Below, in pieces: positions 1 through 12,400 of a stretch of DNA of 64,000 bases (position 1 is its first letter; the number at the start of each line of letters is the position of its first letter). The stretch is from Eledone cirrhosa (Eukaryota), in contig OZ024743.1 of assembly GCA_964016885.1 (NCBI GenBank), forward strand, positions 130,696,001 to 130,760,000, in the 5' to 3' direction. A program made the position numbers and the translations under genes. The notes beneath the pieces were generated by a model that saw only the letters and a program-made list of their open reading frames with translations, made no database searches and had not been told where the DNA came from.

Positions 1-614
1 GTTAGGTGTTTGGTGCTTGGTGATTGGTGTTTGATGTTAGGTTCTTGGTGCTTGGTGTTTGGTGTTTGGTGCTTGGTGCTTGGTGTTTGGTGTTTGGTGC
101 TTGCTGCTTGGTGCTTGGTGTTTTGTGTTTGGAGTTTGGTGCTTGGTGTTTGGTGCTTGGTGCTTGGTGTTTGGTGTTTGGTGTTTGGTGTTTGGTGATT
201 GGTGCTTGGTGTTTGGTGCTTGGTGCTTGGTGCTTGGTGCTTGGTGTTAGGCGTTTGGTGCTTGGTGCTTGGTGTTTGATGTTTAGTCCTTGGTGCTTGG
301 TGTTTGGTATTTGGAGCTTGGTGCTTGGTGTTTGGTGTTTGGTGCTTGCTGCTTGCTGCTTGGTGTTTGGTGCTAGGGACTTGGTGCTTGGTGCTTGGTG
401 TTTGGTGCTTGGTGTTTGGTTTTTGGTGCTTGGTGCGTGGGACCTGGTGTTTGGTGCTTGGTGTTTGGTGCTTGGTGTTTGGTGCTTGGTGCCTGGTGCT
501 TGGTGTTTGGTGTTTGGTGCTTGGTGTTTGGTGCTTGGTGTTTGGTACTTGGTGTTCGGTGCTTGGTGCTTGGTGCTTGGTGCTTGGTGTTTGGTGTTTG
601 GTGCTTGGTGCTTG

Positions 615-3600
615 GTGTTTGATGTTTGGTCCTTGGTGCTTGGTGTTTGGTGTTGTGTGCTTGGTGCTTGGTGCTTGGTGTTTGGTGCTTGGTGCTTGGT
701 GCTTGGTGTTTGGCGTTTGCTGTTTGCTGTTTGGTGTTTGGTGTTTGCTGTTTGGTGTTTGCTGTTTGGTGTTTGGTGTTTGGTGCTTGGTGCTTGGTGT
801 TTGCTGCTTGGTGCTTGGTGCTTGGTGTTTGGTCCTTGGTGCTTGGTGCTTGGTCTTTGGTGCTTGGGTTTTGGTGTTTGGTGCTTGGTGCTTGGTGCTT
901 GGTGCTTGGTGCTTGGTGTTTCGTGCTTGCTGCTTGGTGCTTGGTGTTTGGTGCTTGGTGCTTGGTGATTAGTGTTTGGTGATTGGTGCTTCGGGTTTGG
1001 TGTTTGGGGCTTGGTGTTTGGTGCTTGGTGCTTGCTGTTTGGTGATTGGTGTTTGGTTCTTGGTGCTTGGTGTTTGGTGTTTGGTGTTTGGTGCTTGGTG
1101 CTTGGTGCTTGGTGTTTGGTGCTTGGTGCTTGGTGCTTGGTGTTTGGTGCTGCGTGCTTGGTGTTTGGTGTTTGGTGCTTGGTGCCTGGTGCTTGTTGTT
1201 TGGTGTTTGGTGCTTAGTGCTTGGTGTTTGGTGTTTGGTGCTTGGTGCTTGGTGGCTGGTGTTTGGTGCTTGGTGTTTGGAGTTTGGTGCTTGGTGCTTG
1301 GTGCCTGGTGTTTCGTGCTTGGTGCTTGGTGCTTGGTGTTTGGTGTATGGTGCTTGGTGTTTGGTGTTTGGTACTTGGTGCTTGGTGCTTGGTGCTTGGT
1401 GTTTGGTGCTTGGTGTTTGATGCTGCGTGCTTGGTGTTTGGTGTTTGGTGCTTGGTGCTTGGTGTTTGGTGTTTGGAGCTTGGTGCCTGGTGCTTGTTGT
1501 TTGGTGTTTGGCGCTTGGTGCTTGGTGTTTGGTGTTTGGTGCTTGGTGCTTGGTGCTTGGTATCTGGTGTTTGGGGCTTGATGTTTGGTGTTTGGTGCTT
1601 GGTGTTTGGTGTTTGATGCTTGGTGCTTGGTGTTTGGTGCTTGGTGTTTGATGCTTGGTGTTTGATGCTTGGTGTTTGCTGCTTGGTGCTTGGTGCTTGG
1701 TGTTTTGTGTTTGGTGCTTGGTGCTTGGAGCCTGGTGCTTGGTGCTTGGTGCTTGTTGTTTGGTGCTTGGTGCTTGGTGATTAGTGTTTGGTGCTTCGTG
1801 CTTGCGGTTTGGTGTTTGGTGCCTGGGGTTTGGTGTTTGGTGCTTGGTGCTTGGTGTTTGGTGCTTGGTGCTTGGTGTTTGGTGTTTGCTGTCTGGTGTT
1901 TGCTGTTTGGTGTTTGGTGTTTGGTGCTTGCTGTTTGGTGCTTGGTGCTTGGTGTTTGGTGTTTGGTGTTTGGTGCTTGGTTCTTGGTGTTTGGTGCTTG
2001 GTGCTTGGTGTTTGGTTGTTGGTGCTTGGTGCTTGGTGTTTGGTCCTTGGTGCTTGGTGCTTGGTCTTTGGTGCTTGGGTTTTGGTGTTTGGTGCTTGGT
2101 GCTTGGTGTTTGGTGCTTGGTTCTTGGTGCTTGGTGCTTGGTGATTAGTGTTTGGTGATTGGTGCTTGGGGTTTGCTGTTTGGTGCTTGGTGTTTGGTGC
2201 TTGGTGCTTGCTGTTTGGTGTTTGGTGTTTGGTGCTTGGTGCTTGCTGTTTGGTGTTTGGTGTTTGGTTCTTGGTGCTTGGTGTTTGGTGTTTGGTGTTT
2301 GGTGCTTGGTGCTTGGTGCTTGGTGTTTGGTGCTTGGTGCTTGGTGCTTCGTGTTTGGTGCTGCGTGCTTGGTGTTTGGCGTTTGGTGCTTGGTGCCTGG
2401 TGCTTGTTGTTTGGTGTTTGGTGCTTAGTGCATGGTGTTTGGTGTTTGGTGCTTGGTGCTTGGTGGCTGGTGCTTGGTGCTTGGTGTTTGGTGTTTGGTG
2501 CTTGGTGCTTGATGTTTGATGTTTGGTCCTTGGTGCTTGGTGTTTGGTGTTGTGTGCTTGGTGCTTGGTGCTTGGTGTTTGGTGCTTGGTGCTTGGTGCT
2601 TGGTGTTTGGCGTTTGCTGTTTGCTGTTTGGTGTTTGGTGTTTGCTGTTTGGTGTTTGCTGTTTGGTGTTTGGTGTTTGGTGCTTGGTGCTTGGTGTTTG
2701 CTGCTTGGTGCTTGGTGCTTGGTGTTTGGTCCTTGGTGCTTGGTGCTTGGTCTTTGGTGCTTGGGTTTTGGTGTTTGGTGCTTGGTGCTTGGTGCTTGGT
2801 GCTTGGTGCTTGGTGTTTCGTGCTTGCTGCTTGGTGCTTGGTGTTTGGTGCTTGGTGCTTGGTGATTAGTGTTTGGTGATTGGTGCTTCGGGTTTGGTGT
2901 TTGGGGCTTGGTGTTTGGTGCTTGGTGCTTGCTGTTTGGTGATTGGTGTTTGGTTCTTGGTGCTTGGTGTTTGGTGTTTGGTGTTTGGTGCTTGGTGCTT
3001 GGTGCTTGGTGTTTGGTGCTTGGTGCTTGGTGCTTGGTGTTTGGTGCTGCGTGCTTGGTGTTTGGTGTTTGGTGCTTGGTGCCTGGTGCTTGTTGTTTGG
3101 TGTTTGGTGCTTAGTGCTTGGTGTTTGGTGTTTGGTGCTTGGTGCTTGGTGTTTGGTGTATGGTGCTTGGTGTTTGGTGTTTGGTACTTGGTGCTTGGTG
3201 CTTGGTGCTTGGTGTTTGGTGCTTGGTGTTTGATGCTGCGTGCTTGGTGTTTGGTGTTTGGTGCTTGGTGCTTGGTGTTTGGTGTTTGGAGCTTGGTGCC
3301 TGGTGCTTGTTGTTTGGTGTTTGGCGCTTGGTGCTTGGTGTTTGGTGTTTGGTGCTTGGTGCTTGGTGCTTGGTATCTGGTGTTTGGGGCTTGATGTTTG
3401 GTGTTTGGTGCTTGGTGTTTGGTGTTTGATGCTTGGTGCTTGGTGTTTGGTGCTTGGTGTTTGATGCTTGGTGTTTGATGCTTGGTGTTTGCTGCTTGGT
3501 GCTTGGTGCTTGGTGTTTTGTGTTTGGTGCTTGGTGCTTGGAGCCTGGTGCTTGGTGCTTGGTGCTTGTTGTTTGGTGCTTGGTGCTTGGTGATTAGTGT

Positions 3601-4310
3601 TTGGTGCTTCGTGCTTGCAGTTTGGTGTCTGGTGCCTGGGGTTTGGTGTTTGGTGCTTGGTGCTTGGTGTTTGGTGCTTGGTGCTTGGTGTTTGGTGTTT
3701 GCTGTCTGGTGTTTGCTGTTTGGTGTTTGGTGTTTGGTGCTTGCTGTTTGGTGCTTGGTGCTTGGTGTTTGGTGTTTGGTGTTTGGTGCTTGGTTCTTGG
3801 TGTTTGGTGCTTGGTGCTTGGTGTTTGGTTGTTGGTGCTTGGTGCTTGGTGTTTGGTCCTTGGTGCTTGGTGCTTGGTCTTTGGTGCTTGGGTTTTGGTG
3901 TTTGGTGCTTGGTGCTTGGTGTTTGGTGCTTGGTTCTTGGTGCTTGGTGCTTGGTGTTTGGTGATTGCTGCTTGGTGCTTGGTGTTTGGTGCTTGGTGAT
4001 TAGTGTTTGGTGATTGGTGCTTGGGGTTTGCTGTTTGGTGCTTGGTGTTTGGTGCTTGGTGCTTGCTGTTTGGTGTTTGGTGTTTGGTTCTTGGTGCTTG
4101 GTGTTTGGTGTTTGGTGTTTGGTGCTTGGTGCTTGGTGCTTGGTGTTTGGTGCTTGGTGCTTGGTGCTTGGTGTTTGGTGCTGCGTGCTTGGTGTTTGGC
4201 GTTTGGTGCTTGGTGCCTGGTGCTTGTTGTTTGGTGTTTGGTGCTTAGTGCATGGTGTTTGGTGTTTGGTGCTTGGTGCTTGGTGGCTGGTGCTTGGTGC
4301 TTGGTGTTTG
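615..4310 (+). repeat. About 1.9-kb tandem duplication (copy A ~615-2511, copy B ~2512-4310)
   Basis: Identical ORFs 626..982/2523..2879 and 972..1217/2869..3114 (offset 1897 = 271x7). The offset drops to 1813 (1427/3240, 1669/3482) after an 84-bp (12-unit) length difference. Confidence 0.9.
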
Positions 4311-6270
4311 GAGTTTGGTGCTTGGTGCTTGGTGCCTGGTGTTTCGTGCTTGGTGCTTGGTGCTTGGTGTTTGGTGTTTGGTGCTTGGTGTTTGGTGTTT
4401 GGAACTTGGTGCTTGGTGCTTGGTGCTTGGTGTTTGGTGCTTGGTGTTTGATGCCTGCGTGCTTGGTGTTTGGTGTTTGGTGCTTGGTGCTTGGTGTTTG
4501 GTGTTTGGAGCTTGGTGCCTGCTGCTTGTTGTTTGGTGTTTGGTGCTTGGTGCTTGGTGTTTGGTGTTTGGTGTTTGGTGCTTGGTGCTTGGTGCTTGGT
4601 GTTTGGTGTTTGGTGCTTGGTGCTTGGTGTTTGGTGTTTGGTGCTTGGTGCTTGGTGTTTGGTGTTTGGTGCTTGCTGCTTGCTGCTTGGTGTTTGGTGC
4701 TTCGTGATTGGTGCTTGGTGTTTTATGCTTGGTGCTTGGTGTTTGGTGCTAGGGGCTTGGTGCTAGATGCTTGGTGTTTGGTGCTTGGTGCTTGCTGTTT
4801 GGTGTTTGGTGTATGGTGCTTGGTGTTTGGTGTTTGGTACTTGGTGCTTGGTGCTTGGTGCTTGGTGTTTGGTGCTTGGTGTTTGATGCTGCGTGCTTGG
4901 TGTTTGGTGTTTGGTGCTTGGTGCTTGGTGTTTGGTGTTTGGAGCTTGGTGCCTGGTGCTTGTTGTTTGGTGTTTGGCGCTTGGTGCTTGGTGTTTGGTG
5001 TTTGGTGCTTGGTGCTTGGTGCTTGGTATCTGGTGTTTGGGGCTTGATGTTTGGTGTTTGGTGCTTGGTGTTTGGTGTTTGGTGCTTGGTGCTTGGTGTT
5101 TGGTGCTTGGTGTTTGATGCTTGGTGTTTGATGCTTGGTGTTTGCTGCTTGGTGCTTGGTGCTTGGTGTTTTGTGTTTGGTGCTTGGTGCTTGGAGCCTG
5201 GTGCTTGGTGCTTGGTGCTTGTTGTTTGGTGCTTGGTGCTTGGTGATTATTTTTGGTGCTTCGTGCTTGCGGTTTGGTGTTTGGTGCCTGGGGTTTGGTG
5301 TTTGGTGCTTGGTGCTTGGTGTTTGGTGCTTGGTGCTTGGTGTTTGGTGTTTGCTGTCTGGTGTTTGCTGTTTGGTGTTTGGTGTTTGGTGCTTGCTGTT
5401 TGGTGCTTGGTGCTTGGTGTTTGGTGTTTGGTGTTTGGTGCTTGGTGCTTGGTGTTTGGTGCTTGGTGCTTGGTGCTGGGTGTTTGGTGCTTGGTGCTTG
5501 GTGTTTGGTTGTTGGTGCTTGGTGCTTGGTGTTTGGTCCTTGGTGCTTGGTGCTTGGTCTTTGGTGCTTGGGTTTTGGTGTTTGGTGCTTGGTGCTTGGT
5601 GTTTGGTGCTTGGTTCTTGGTGCTTGGTGCTTGGTGTTTGGTGATTGCTGCTTGGTGCTTGGTGTTTGGTGCTTGGTGCTTGGTGATTAGTGTTTGGTGT
5701 TTGGTGCTTGGTGCTTGCTGTTTGGTGTTTGGTGTTTGGTTCTTGGTGCTTGGTGTTTGGTGTTTGGTGTTTGGTGCTTGGTGCTTGGTGCTTGGTGTTT
5801 GGTGCTTGGTGCTTGGTGCTTGGTGTTTGGTGCTGCGTGCTTGGTGTTTGGCGTTTGGTGCTTGGTGCCTGGTGCTTGTTGTTTGGTGTTTGGTGCTTAG
5901 TGCATGGTGTTTGGTGTTTGGTGCTTGGTGCTTGGTGGCTGGTGCTTGGTGCTTGGTGTTTGGAGTTTGGTGCTTGGTGCTTGGTGCCTGGTGTTTCGTG
6001 CTTGGTGCTTGGTGCTTGGTGTTTGGTGTTTGGTGCTTGGTGTTTGGTGTTTGGTACTTGGTGTTTGGTGCTTGGTGCTTGGTGTTTGGTGCTTGGTGTT
6101 TGATGCTGCGTGCTTGGTGTTTGGTGTTTGGTGCTTGGTGCTTGGTGTTTGGTGTTTGGAGCTTGGTGCCTGCTGCTTGTTGTTTGGTGTTTGGTGCTTG
6201 GTGCTTGGTGTTTGGTGTTTGGTGTTTGGTGCTTGGTGCTTGGTGCTTGGTGTTTGGTGTTTGGTGCTTG
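3145..6270 (+). repeat. Overlapping duplication with ~1.65-kb offset (~3145-4620 repeated at ~4798-6270)
   Basis: Matching ORFs 3240/4893 and 3482/5135 (offset 1653) and 4252/5904 (offset 1652). Confidence 0.8.
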
Positions 6271-6404
6271 GTGCTTGGTGTTTGGTGCTTTGTGTTTGGT
6301 GTTTGGTGTTTGATGCTTGGTGTTTGCTGCTTGGTGCTTGGTGCTTGGTGTTTTGTGTTTGGTGCTTGGTGCTTGGTGCCTGGTGCTTGGTGCTTGGTGC
6401 TTGT

Positions 6405-9400
6405 TGTTTGGTGCTTGGTGCTTGGTGCTTGGTGTTTGGTGCTTGGTGCTTGGTGCTTGGTGTTTGGTGTTTGGTGCTTGGTGTTTGGTGCTTGGTGTTT
6501 GGTGCTTGGTGCTTGGTGCTTGGTGTTAGGTGTTTGGTGCTTGGTGCTTGGTGTTTGATGTTTGGTCCTTGGTGCTTGTTGTTTGGTGTTTGGTGCTTGG
6601 TGCTTGGTGTTTGGTGTTTGGTGCTTGCTGCTTGCTGCTTGGTGTTTGGTGCTTGGTGATTGGTGCTTGGTGTTTTATGCTTGGTGCTTGGTGTTTGGTG
6701 CTAGGGGCTTGGTGCTAGATGCTTGGTGTTTGGTGCTTGGTGCTTGCTGTTTGGTGTTTGGTGCTTGGTGCGTGGGACTTAGTGTTTGGTGTTTGGTGCT
6801 TGGCGTTTTGTGCTTGGTGTTTGGTGCTTGGTGCTTGGTGTTTGGTGTTTGGTGCTTGGTGCTTGGGGCTTGGTGTTTGGTGCTTAGTGTTTGGTGCTTG
6901 GTGTTTGGTGCTTGGTGCTTGGTGCTTTGTGTTTGGTGTATGGTGTTTGGTGCTTGGTGTTTGGTGCTTGGTGCTTGGTGCTGGGTGGTTGGTGTTTGGT
7001 GTTTGGTGCTTGGTGATTGGTGCTTATTGTTTGGTGCTTGGTGCTTGGTGCTTGGTGCTTGGTCTTTGGTGCTTGGTGTTTGGTGTTTGGTGCTTGGTGC
7101 TTGGTGCTTGGTGATTAGTGTTTGGTGTTTGGTGCTTGGTGTTTGGTGCTTGGTGCTTGGTGCTGGGTGGTTGGTGTTTGGTGTTTGGTGCTTGGTGATT
7201 GGTGCTTATTGTTTGGTGCTTGGTGCTTGGTGCTTGGTGCTTGGTCTTTGGTGCTTGGTGTTTGGTGCTTGGTGTTTGGTGTTTGGTGCTTGGTGCTTGG
7301 TGCTTGGTGATTAGTGTTTGGTGCTTGGTGCTTGGTGCCTGGTGCTTGGTGCTTGGTGATTGTTGTTTGGTGCTTGGTGCTTGGTGATTAGTGTTTTGTG
7401 CTTGGTGCTTGGGGTTTGGTGTTTGGTGCTTGGGGTTTGGTGTTTGGTGCTTGGTGCTTGGTGTTTGGTGCTTGGTGCTTGGTGTTTGGTGCTTGGTGCT
7501 TTGTGTTTGGTGCTTGGTGTTTGGTGCTTTGATGCTTGGTGCTTGGTGCTTGGTGTTAGGTGTTTGGTGCTTGGTGATTGGTGTTTGATGTTAGGTTCTT
7601 GGTGCTTGGTGTTTGGTGTTTGGTGCTTGGTGCTTGGTGTTTGGTCTTTGGTGCTTGCTGCTTGGTGCCTGGTGTTTTGTGTTTGGAGTTTGGTGCTTGG
7701 TGTTTGGTGCTTGATGCTTGGTGTTTGGTGTTTGGTGTTTGGTGTTTGGTGATTGGTGCTTGGTGTTTGGTGCTTGGTGCTTGATGCTTGGTGCTTGGTG
7801 TTAGGCGTTTGGTGCTTGGTGCTTGGTATTTGATGTTAGGTTCTTGGTGCTTGGTGTTTGGTGTTTGGTGCTTGGTGCTTGGTGTTTGGTGTTTGGTGCT
7901 TGATGCTTGGTGCTTGGTGTTTTGTGTTTGGAGTTTGGTGCTTGGTGTTTGGTGCTTGGTGCTTGGTGTTTGGTGTTTGGTGTTTGGTGTTTGGTGATTG
8001 GTGTTTGGTGTTTGGTGCTTGGTGTTTGGTGCTTGGTGCTTGGTGCTTGGTCCTTGGTGCTTGGTGTTTGGTATTTGGAGCTTGGTGCTTGGTGTTTGGT
8101 GTTTGGTGCTTGCTGCTTGCTGCTTGGTGTTTGGTGCTAGGGACTTGGTGCTTGGTGCTTGGTGTTTGGTGCTTGGTGTTTGGCGTTTGGTGCTTGGTGC
8201 GTGGGACTTGGTGTTTGGTGCTTGGTGTTTGGTGCTTGGTGTTTGGTGCTTGGTGCCTGGTGCTTGGTGTTTGGTGTTTGGTGCTTGGTGTTTGGTGCTT
8301 GGTGTTTGGTACTTGGTGTTTGGTGCTTGGTGCTTGGTGCTTGGTGCTTGGTGTTTGGTGTTTGGTGCTTGGTGCTTAGTGTTTGATGTTTGGTCCTTGG
8401 TGCTTGGTGTTTGGTGTTGTGTGCTTGGTGCTTGGTGCTTGGTGTTTGGTGCTTGGTGCTTGGTGCTTGGTGTTTGGCGTTTGCTGTTTGCTGTTTGGTG
8501 TTTGGTGTTTGCTGTTTGGTGCTTGTTGTTTGGTGTTTGGCGCTTGGTGCTTGGTGTTTGGTGTTTGGTGCTTGGTGCTTGGTGCTTGGTATCTGGTGTT
8601 TGGTGCTTGATGTTTGGTGTTTGGTGCTTGGTGTTTGGTGTTTGGTGCTTGGTGCTTGGTGTTTGGCGCTTGGTGATTGGTGCTTGGTGCTTGGTGTTTG
8701 GTGCTTGCTGCTTGGTGCTTGGTGTTTGGTGCTTGGTGCTTGGTGATTAGTGTTTGGTGATTGGTGCTTCGGGTTTGGTGTTTGGGGCTTGGTGTTTGGT
8801 GCTTGGTGCTTGCTGTTTGGTGATTGGTGTTTGGTTCTTGGTGCTTGGTGTTTGGTGTTTGGTGTTTGGTGCTTGGTGCTTGGTGCTTGGTGTTTGGTGC
8901 TTGGTGCTTGGTGCTTGGTGCTTGGTGTTTGGTGCTGCGTGCTTGGTGTTTGGTGTTTGGTGCTTGGTGCCTGGTGATTGTTGTTTGGTGTTTGGTGCTT
9001 AGTGCTTGGTGTTTGGTGTTTGGTGCTTGGTGCTTGGTGGCTAGTGTTTGGTGCTTGGTGTTTGGAGTTTGGTGCTTGGTGCTTGGTGCCTGGTGTTTCG
9101 TGCTTGGTGCTTGGTGCTTGGTGTTTGGTGTATGGTGCTTGGTGTTTGGTGTTTAGTACTTGGTGCTTGGTGCTTGGTGCTTGGTGTTTGGTGCTTGGTG
9201 TTTGATGCTGCGTGCTTGGTGTTTGGTGTTTGGTGCTTGGTGCTTGGTGTTCGGTGTTTGGAGCTTGGTGCCTGGTGCTTGTTGTTTGGTGTTTGGCGCT
9301 TGGTGCTTGGTGTTTGGTGTTTGGTGCTTGGTGCTTGGTGCTTGGTATCTGGTGTTTGGTGCTTGATGTTTGGTGTTTGGTGCTTGGTGTTTGGTGTTTG

Positions 9401-12400
9401 GTGCTTGGTGCTTGGTGTTTGGTGCTTGGTGTTTGGTGCTTGGTGTTTGATGCTTGGTGTTTGCTGCTTGGTGCTTGGTGCTTGGTGTTTTGTGTTTGGT
9501 GCTTGGTGCATGGAGTCTGGTGCTTGGTGCTTGGTGCTTGTTGTTTGGTGCTTGGTGCTTGGTGATTAGTGTTTGGTGCTTGGTGCTTGCGGTTTGGTGT
9601 TCGGTGCTTGGGGTTTGATGTTTGGTGCTTGGTGCTTGGTGTTTGGTGCTTGGTGCTTGGTGCTTGGTGTTTGGTGCTTGGTGCTTGGTGTTTGGTGCTT
9701 GGTGCTTGGTGTTTGGTGTTTGGCGTTTGCTGTTTGCTGTTTGGTGTTTGGTGTTTGCTGTTTGGTGCTTGGTGCTTGGTGTTTGGTGTTTGGTGTTTGG
9801 TGCTTGGTGCTTGGTGTTTGGTGCTTGGTGCTTGTTGCTGGGTGTTTGGTGCTTGGTGCTTGGTGTTTGGTTGTTGGTGCTTGGTGCTTGGTGTTTGGTC
9901 CTTGGTGCTTGGTGCTTGGTCTTTGGTGCTTGGGTTTTGGTGTTTGGTGCTTGGTGCTTGGTGTTTGGTGCTTGGTTCTTGGTGCTTGGTGCTTGGTGTT
10001 TGGTGATTGCTGCTTGGTGCTTGGTGTTTGGTGCTTGGTGCTTGCTGATTAGTGTTTGGTGATTGGTGCTTGGGGTTTGCTGTTTGGTGCTTGGTGTTTG
10101 GTGCTTGGTGCTTGCTATTTGGTGTTTGGTGTTTGGTTCTTGGTGCTTGGTGTTTGGTGTTTGGTGTTTGGTGTTTGGTGCTTAGTGCATGTTGTTTGGT
10201 GTTTGGTGCTTGGTGCTTGGTGGCTGGTGCTTGGTGTTTGGTGTTTGGAGTTTGGTGCTTGGTGCTTGGTGCCTGGTGTTTCGTGCTTGGTGCTTGGTGC
10301 TTGGTGTTTGGTGTTTGGTGCTTGGTGCTTGGTGTTTGGTGTTTGGAGCTTGGTGCCTGCTGCTTGTTGTTTGGTGTTTGGTGCTTGGTGCTTGGTGTTT
10401 GGTGTTTGGTGCTTGGTGCTTGATGCTTGGTATCTGGTGTTTGGTGCTTGATGTTTGGTGTTTGGTGCTTGGTGCTTGGTGCTTGGTGTTTGGTGTTTGG
10501 TGCTTGGTGCTTGGTGTTTGGTGCTTGGTGTTTGGTGTTTGGTGTTTGATGCTTGGTGTTTGCTGCTTGGTGCTTGGTGCTTGGTGTTTTGTGTTTGGTG
10601 CTTGGTGCTTGGTGCCTGGTGCTTGGTGCTTGGTGCTTGTTGTTTGGTGCTTGGTGCTTGGTGCTTGGTGTTTGGTGCTTGGTGCTTGGTGCTTGGTGTT
10701 TGGTGCTTGGTGCTTGGTGTTTGGTGCTTGGTGCTTGGTGTTTGGTGCTTGGTGTTTGGTGCTTGGTGCTTGGTGCTTGGTGCTTGGTGTTAGGTGTTTG
10801 GTGCTTGGTGCTTGGTGTTTGATGTTTGGTCCTTGGTGCTTGGGGTTTGGTGTTTGGTGCTTGGTGCTTGGTGTTTGGTGTTTGGTGTTTGGTGCTTGGT
10901 GCTTGGTGCTTGGTGTTTGGTGCTTGGTGCTTGGTGCTTGGTGTTTGGTGTTTGGTGTTTGGTGCTTGCTGCTTGCTGCTTGGTGTTTGGTGCTTGGTGA
11001 TTGGTGCTTGGTGTTTTGTGCTTGGTGCTTGGTGTTTGGTGTTTGGTGCTAGGGGCTTGGTGCTTGGTGCTTGGTGTTTGGTGCTTGGTGCTTGCTGTTT
11101 GGTGTTTGGTGCTTGGTGCGTGGGACTTAGTATTTGGTGTTTGGTGCTTGGTGTTTGGTGCTTGGTGTTTGGTGCTTGGTGTTTGGGGCTTGGTGTTCGG
11201 TGCTTGGTGCTTGGTGCTTGGGGCTTGGTGTTTGGTGCTTGGTGCTTGGTGCTTGGTGTTTGATGTTGGGTCCTTGGTGCTTGGTGTTTGGTGTTTGGTG
11301 CTGGTGTTTGGTGTTTGGTGCTTGGTGCTTGGTGTTTGGTGTTTGGTGCTTGGTGCTTGGGGCTTGGTGTTTGGTGCTTGGTGCTTGGTGTTTGGTGCTT
11401 CTGCTTGGGGCTTGGTAGTTGGTGCTTGGTGCTTGGTGCCTGGTGTTTGGTGTTTGGTGTTTCGTGCTTGGTGTATGGTGCTTGGTGCTTGGTGCTGGGT
11501 GGTTGGTGTTTGGTGCTTGGTGCTTGGTGTTTGGTGCTTGGTGCTTGGTGCTTGTTGTTTGGTGCTTGGTGCTTGGTGCTTGGTCTTTGGTGCATGGTGT
11601 TTGGTGTTTGGCGCTTGGTGCTTGGTGATTCGTGATTGGTGCTTGGTGCTTGGTGCTTGGTGTTTGGTGCTTGGTGCTTGGTGATTAGTGTTTGTTGCTT
11701 GGTGCTTGGGGTTTGGTGGTTGGTGCTTGGTGCTTGGTGTTTGGTGTTTGGTGTTTGGTGTTTGCTGTTTGCTGTTTGGTGTCTGCTTATTGGTGTTTGG
11801 TGTTTGTTGTATGGTGTTTGCTGTTTCGTATTTGGTTTTTGCTGTTTGGTGTTTGGTGTTTGCTGTTTGGTGTTTGGTGTTTGGTGCTTGGTGCTTGGTG
11901 TTTGGCTTTGGTGCTTGGTGCTTGGTGTTTGGTGCTTGGTGCTTGGTGTTTGGTGCTTGGTGCTTGGTGCTTGTTGTTTGGTGCTTGGTGCTTGGTGCTT
12001 GGTCTTTGGTGCATGGTGTTTGGTGTTTGGTGCTTGGTGCCTGGTGCTTGTTGTATGGTGTTTGGTGCTTGGTGCTTGGTGTTTGGTGTTTGCTGCTTGG
12101 TGTCTGGTGTTTGGTGCTTGGTGTTTGGTGTTTGGTGCTTGGTGCTTGGTGCTTGGTGTTTGGTGTTTGGTGCTTGGTGCTTGGTGTTTGGTGTTTGGTG
12201 CTGGGTGCATGGAGTTTGGTGCTTGGTGCTTAGTGCTTGGTGTTTGGTGTTTGGTGCTTGGTATTTGGTGTTTGGTGTTTGATGCTTGGTGCGTGGTGCT
12301 TGGTGGTTGGTGTTTTGTGTTTGGTGCTTGGTGCTTGGTGCCTGGTGCTTGGTGCTTGGTGATTAGTGTTTGGTGCTTGGTGCTTGGTGTTTGGTGCTTG

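Noticed and set aside
1249-1262. Chi-like motif in the TTGGTGG CTGGTG variant
   Set aside because: The sequence reads GCTGGTGT or GCTGGTGC, not the E. coli Chi site GCTGGTGG. The similarity is expected from base composition.
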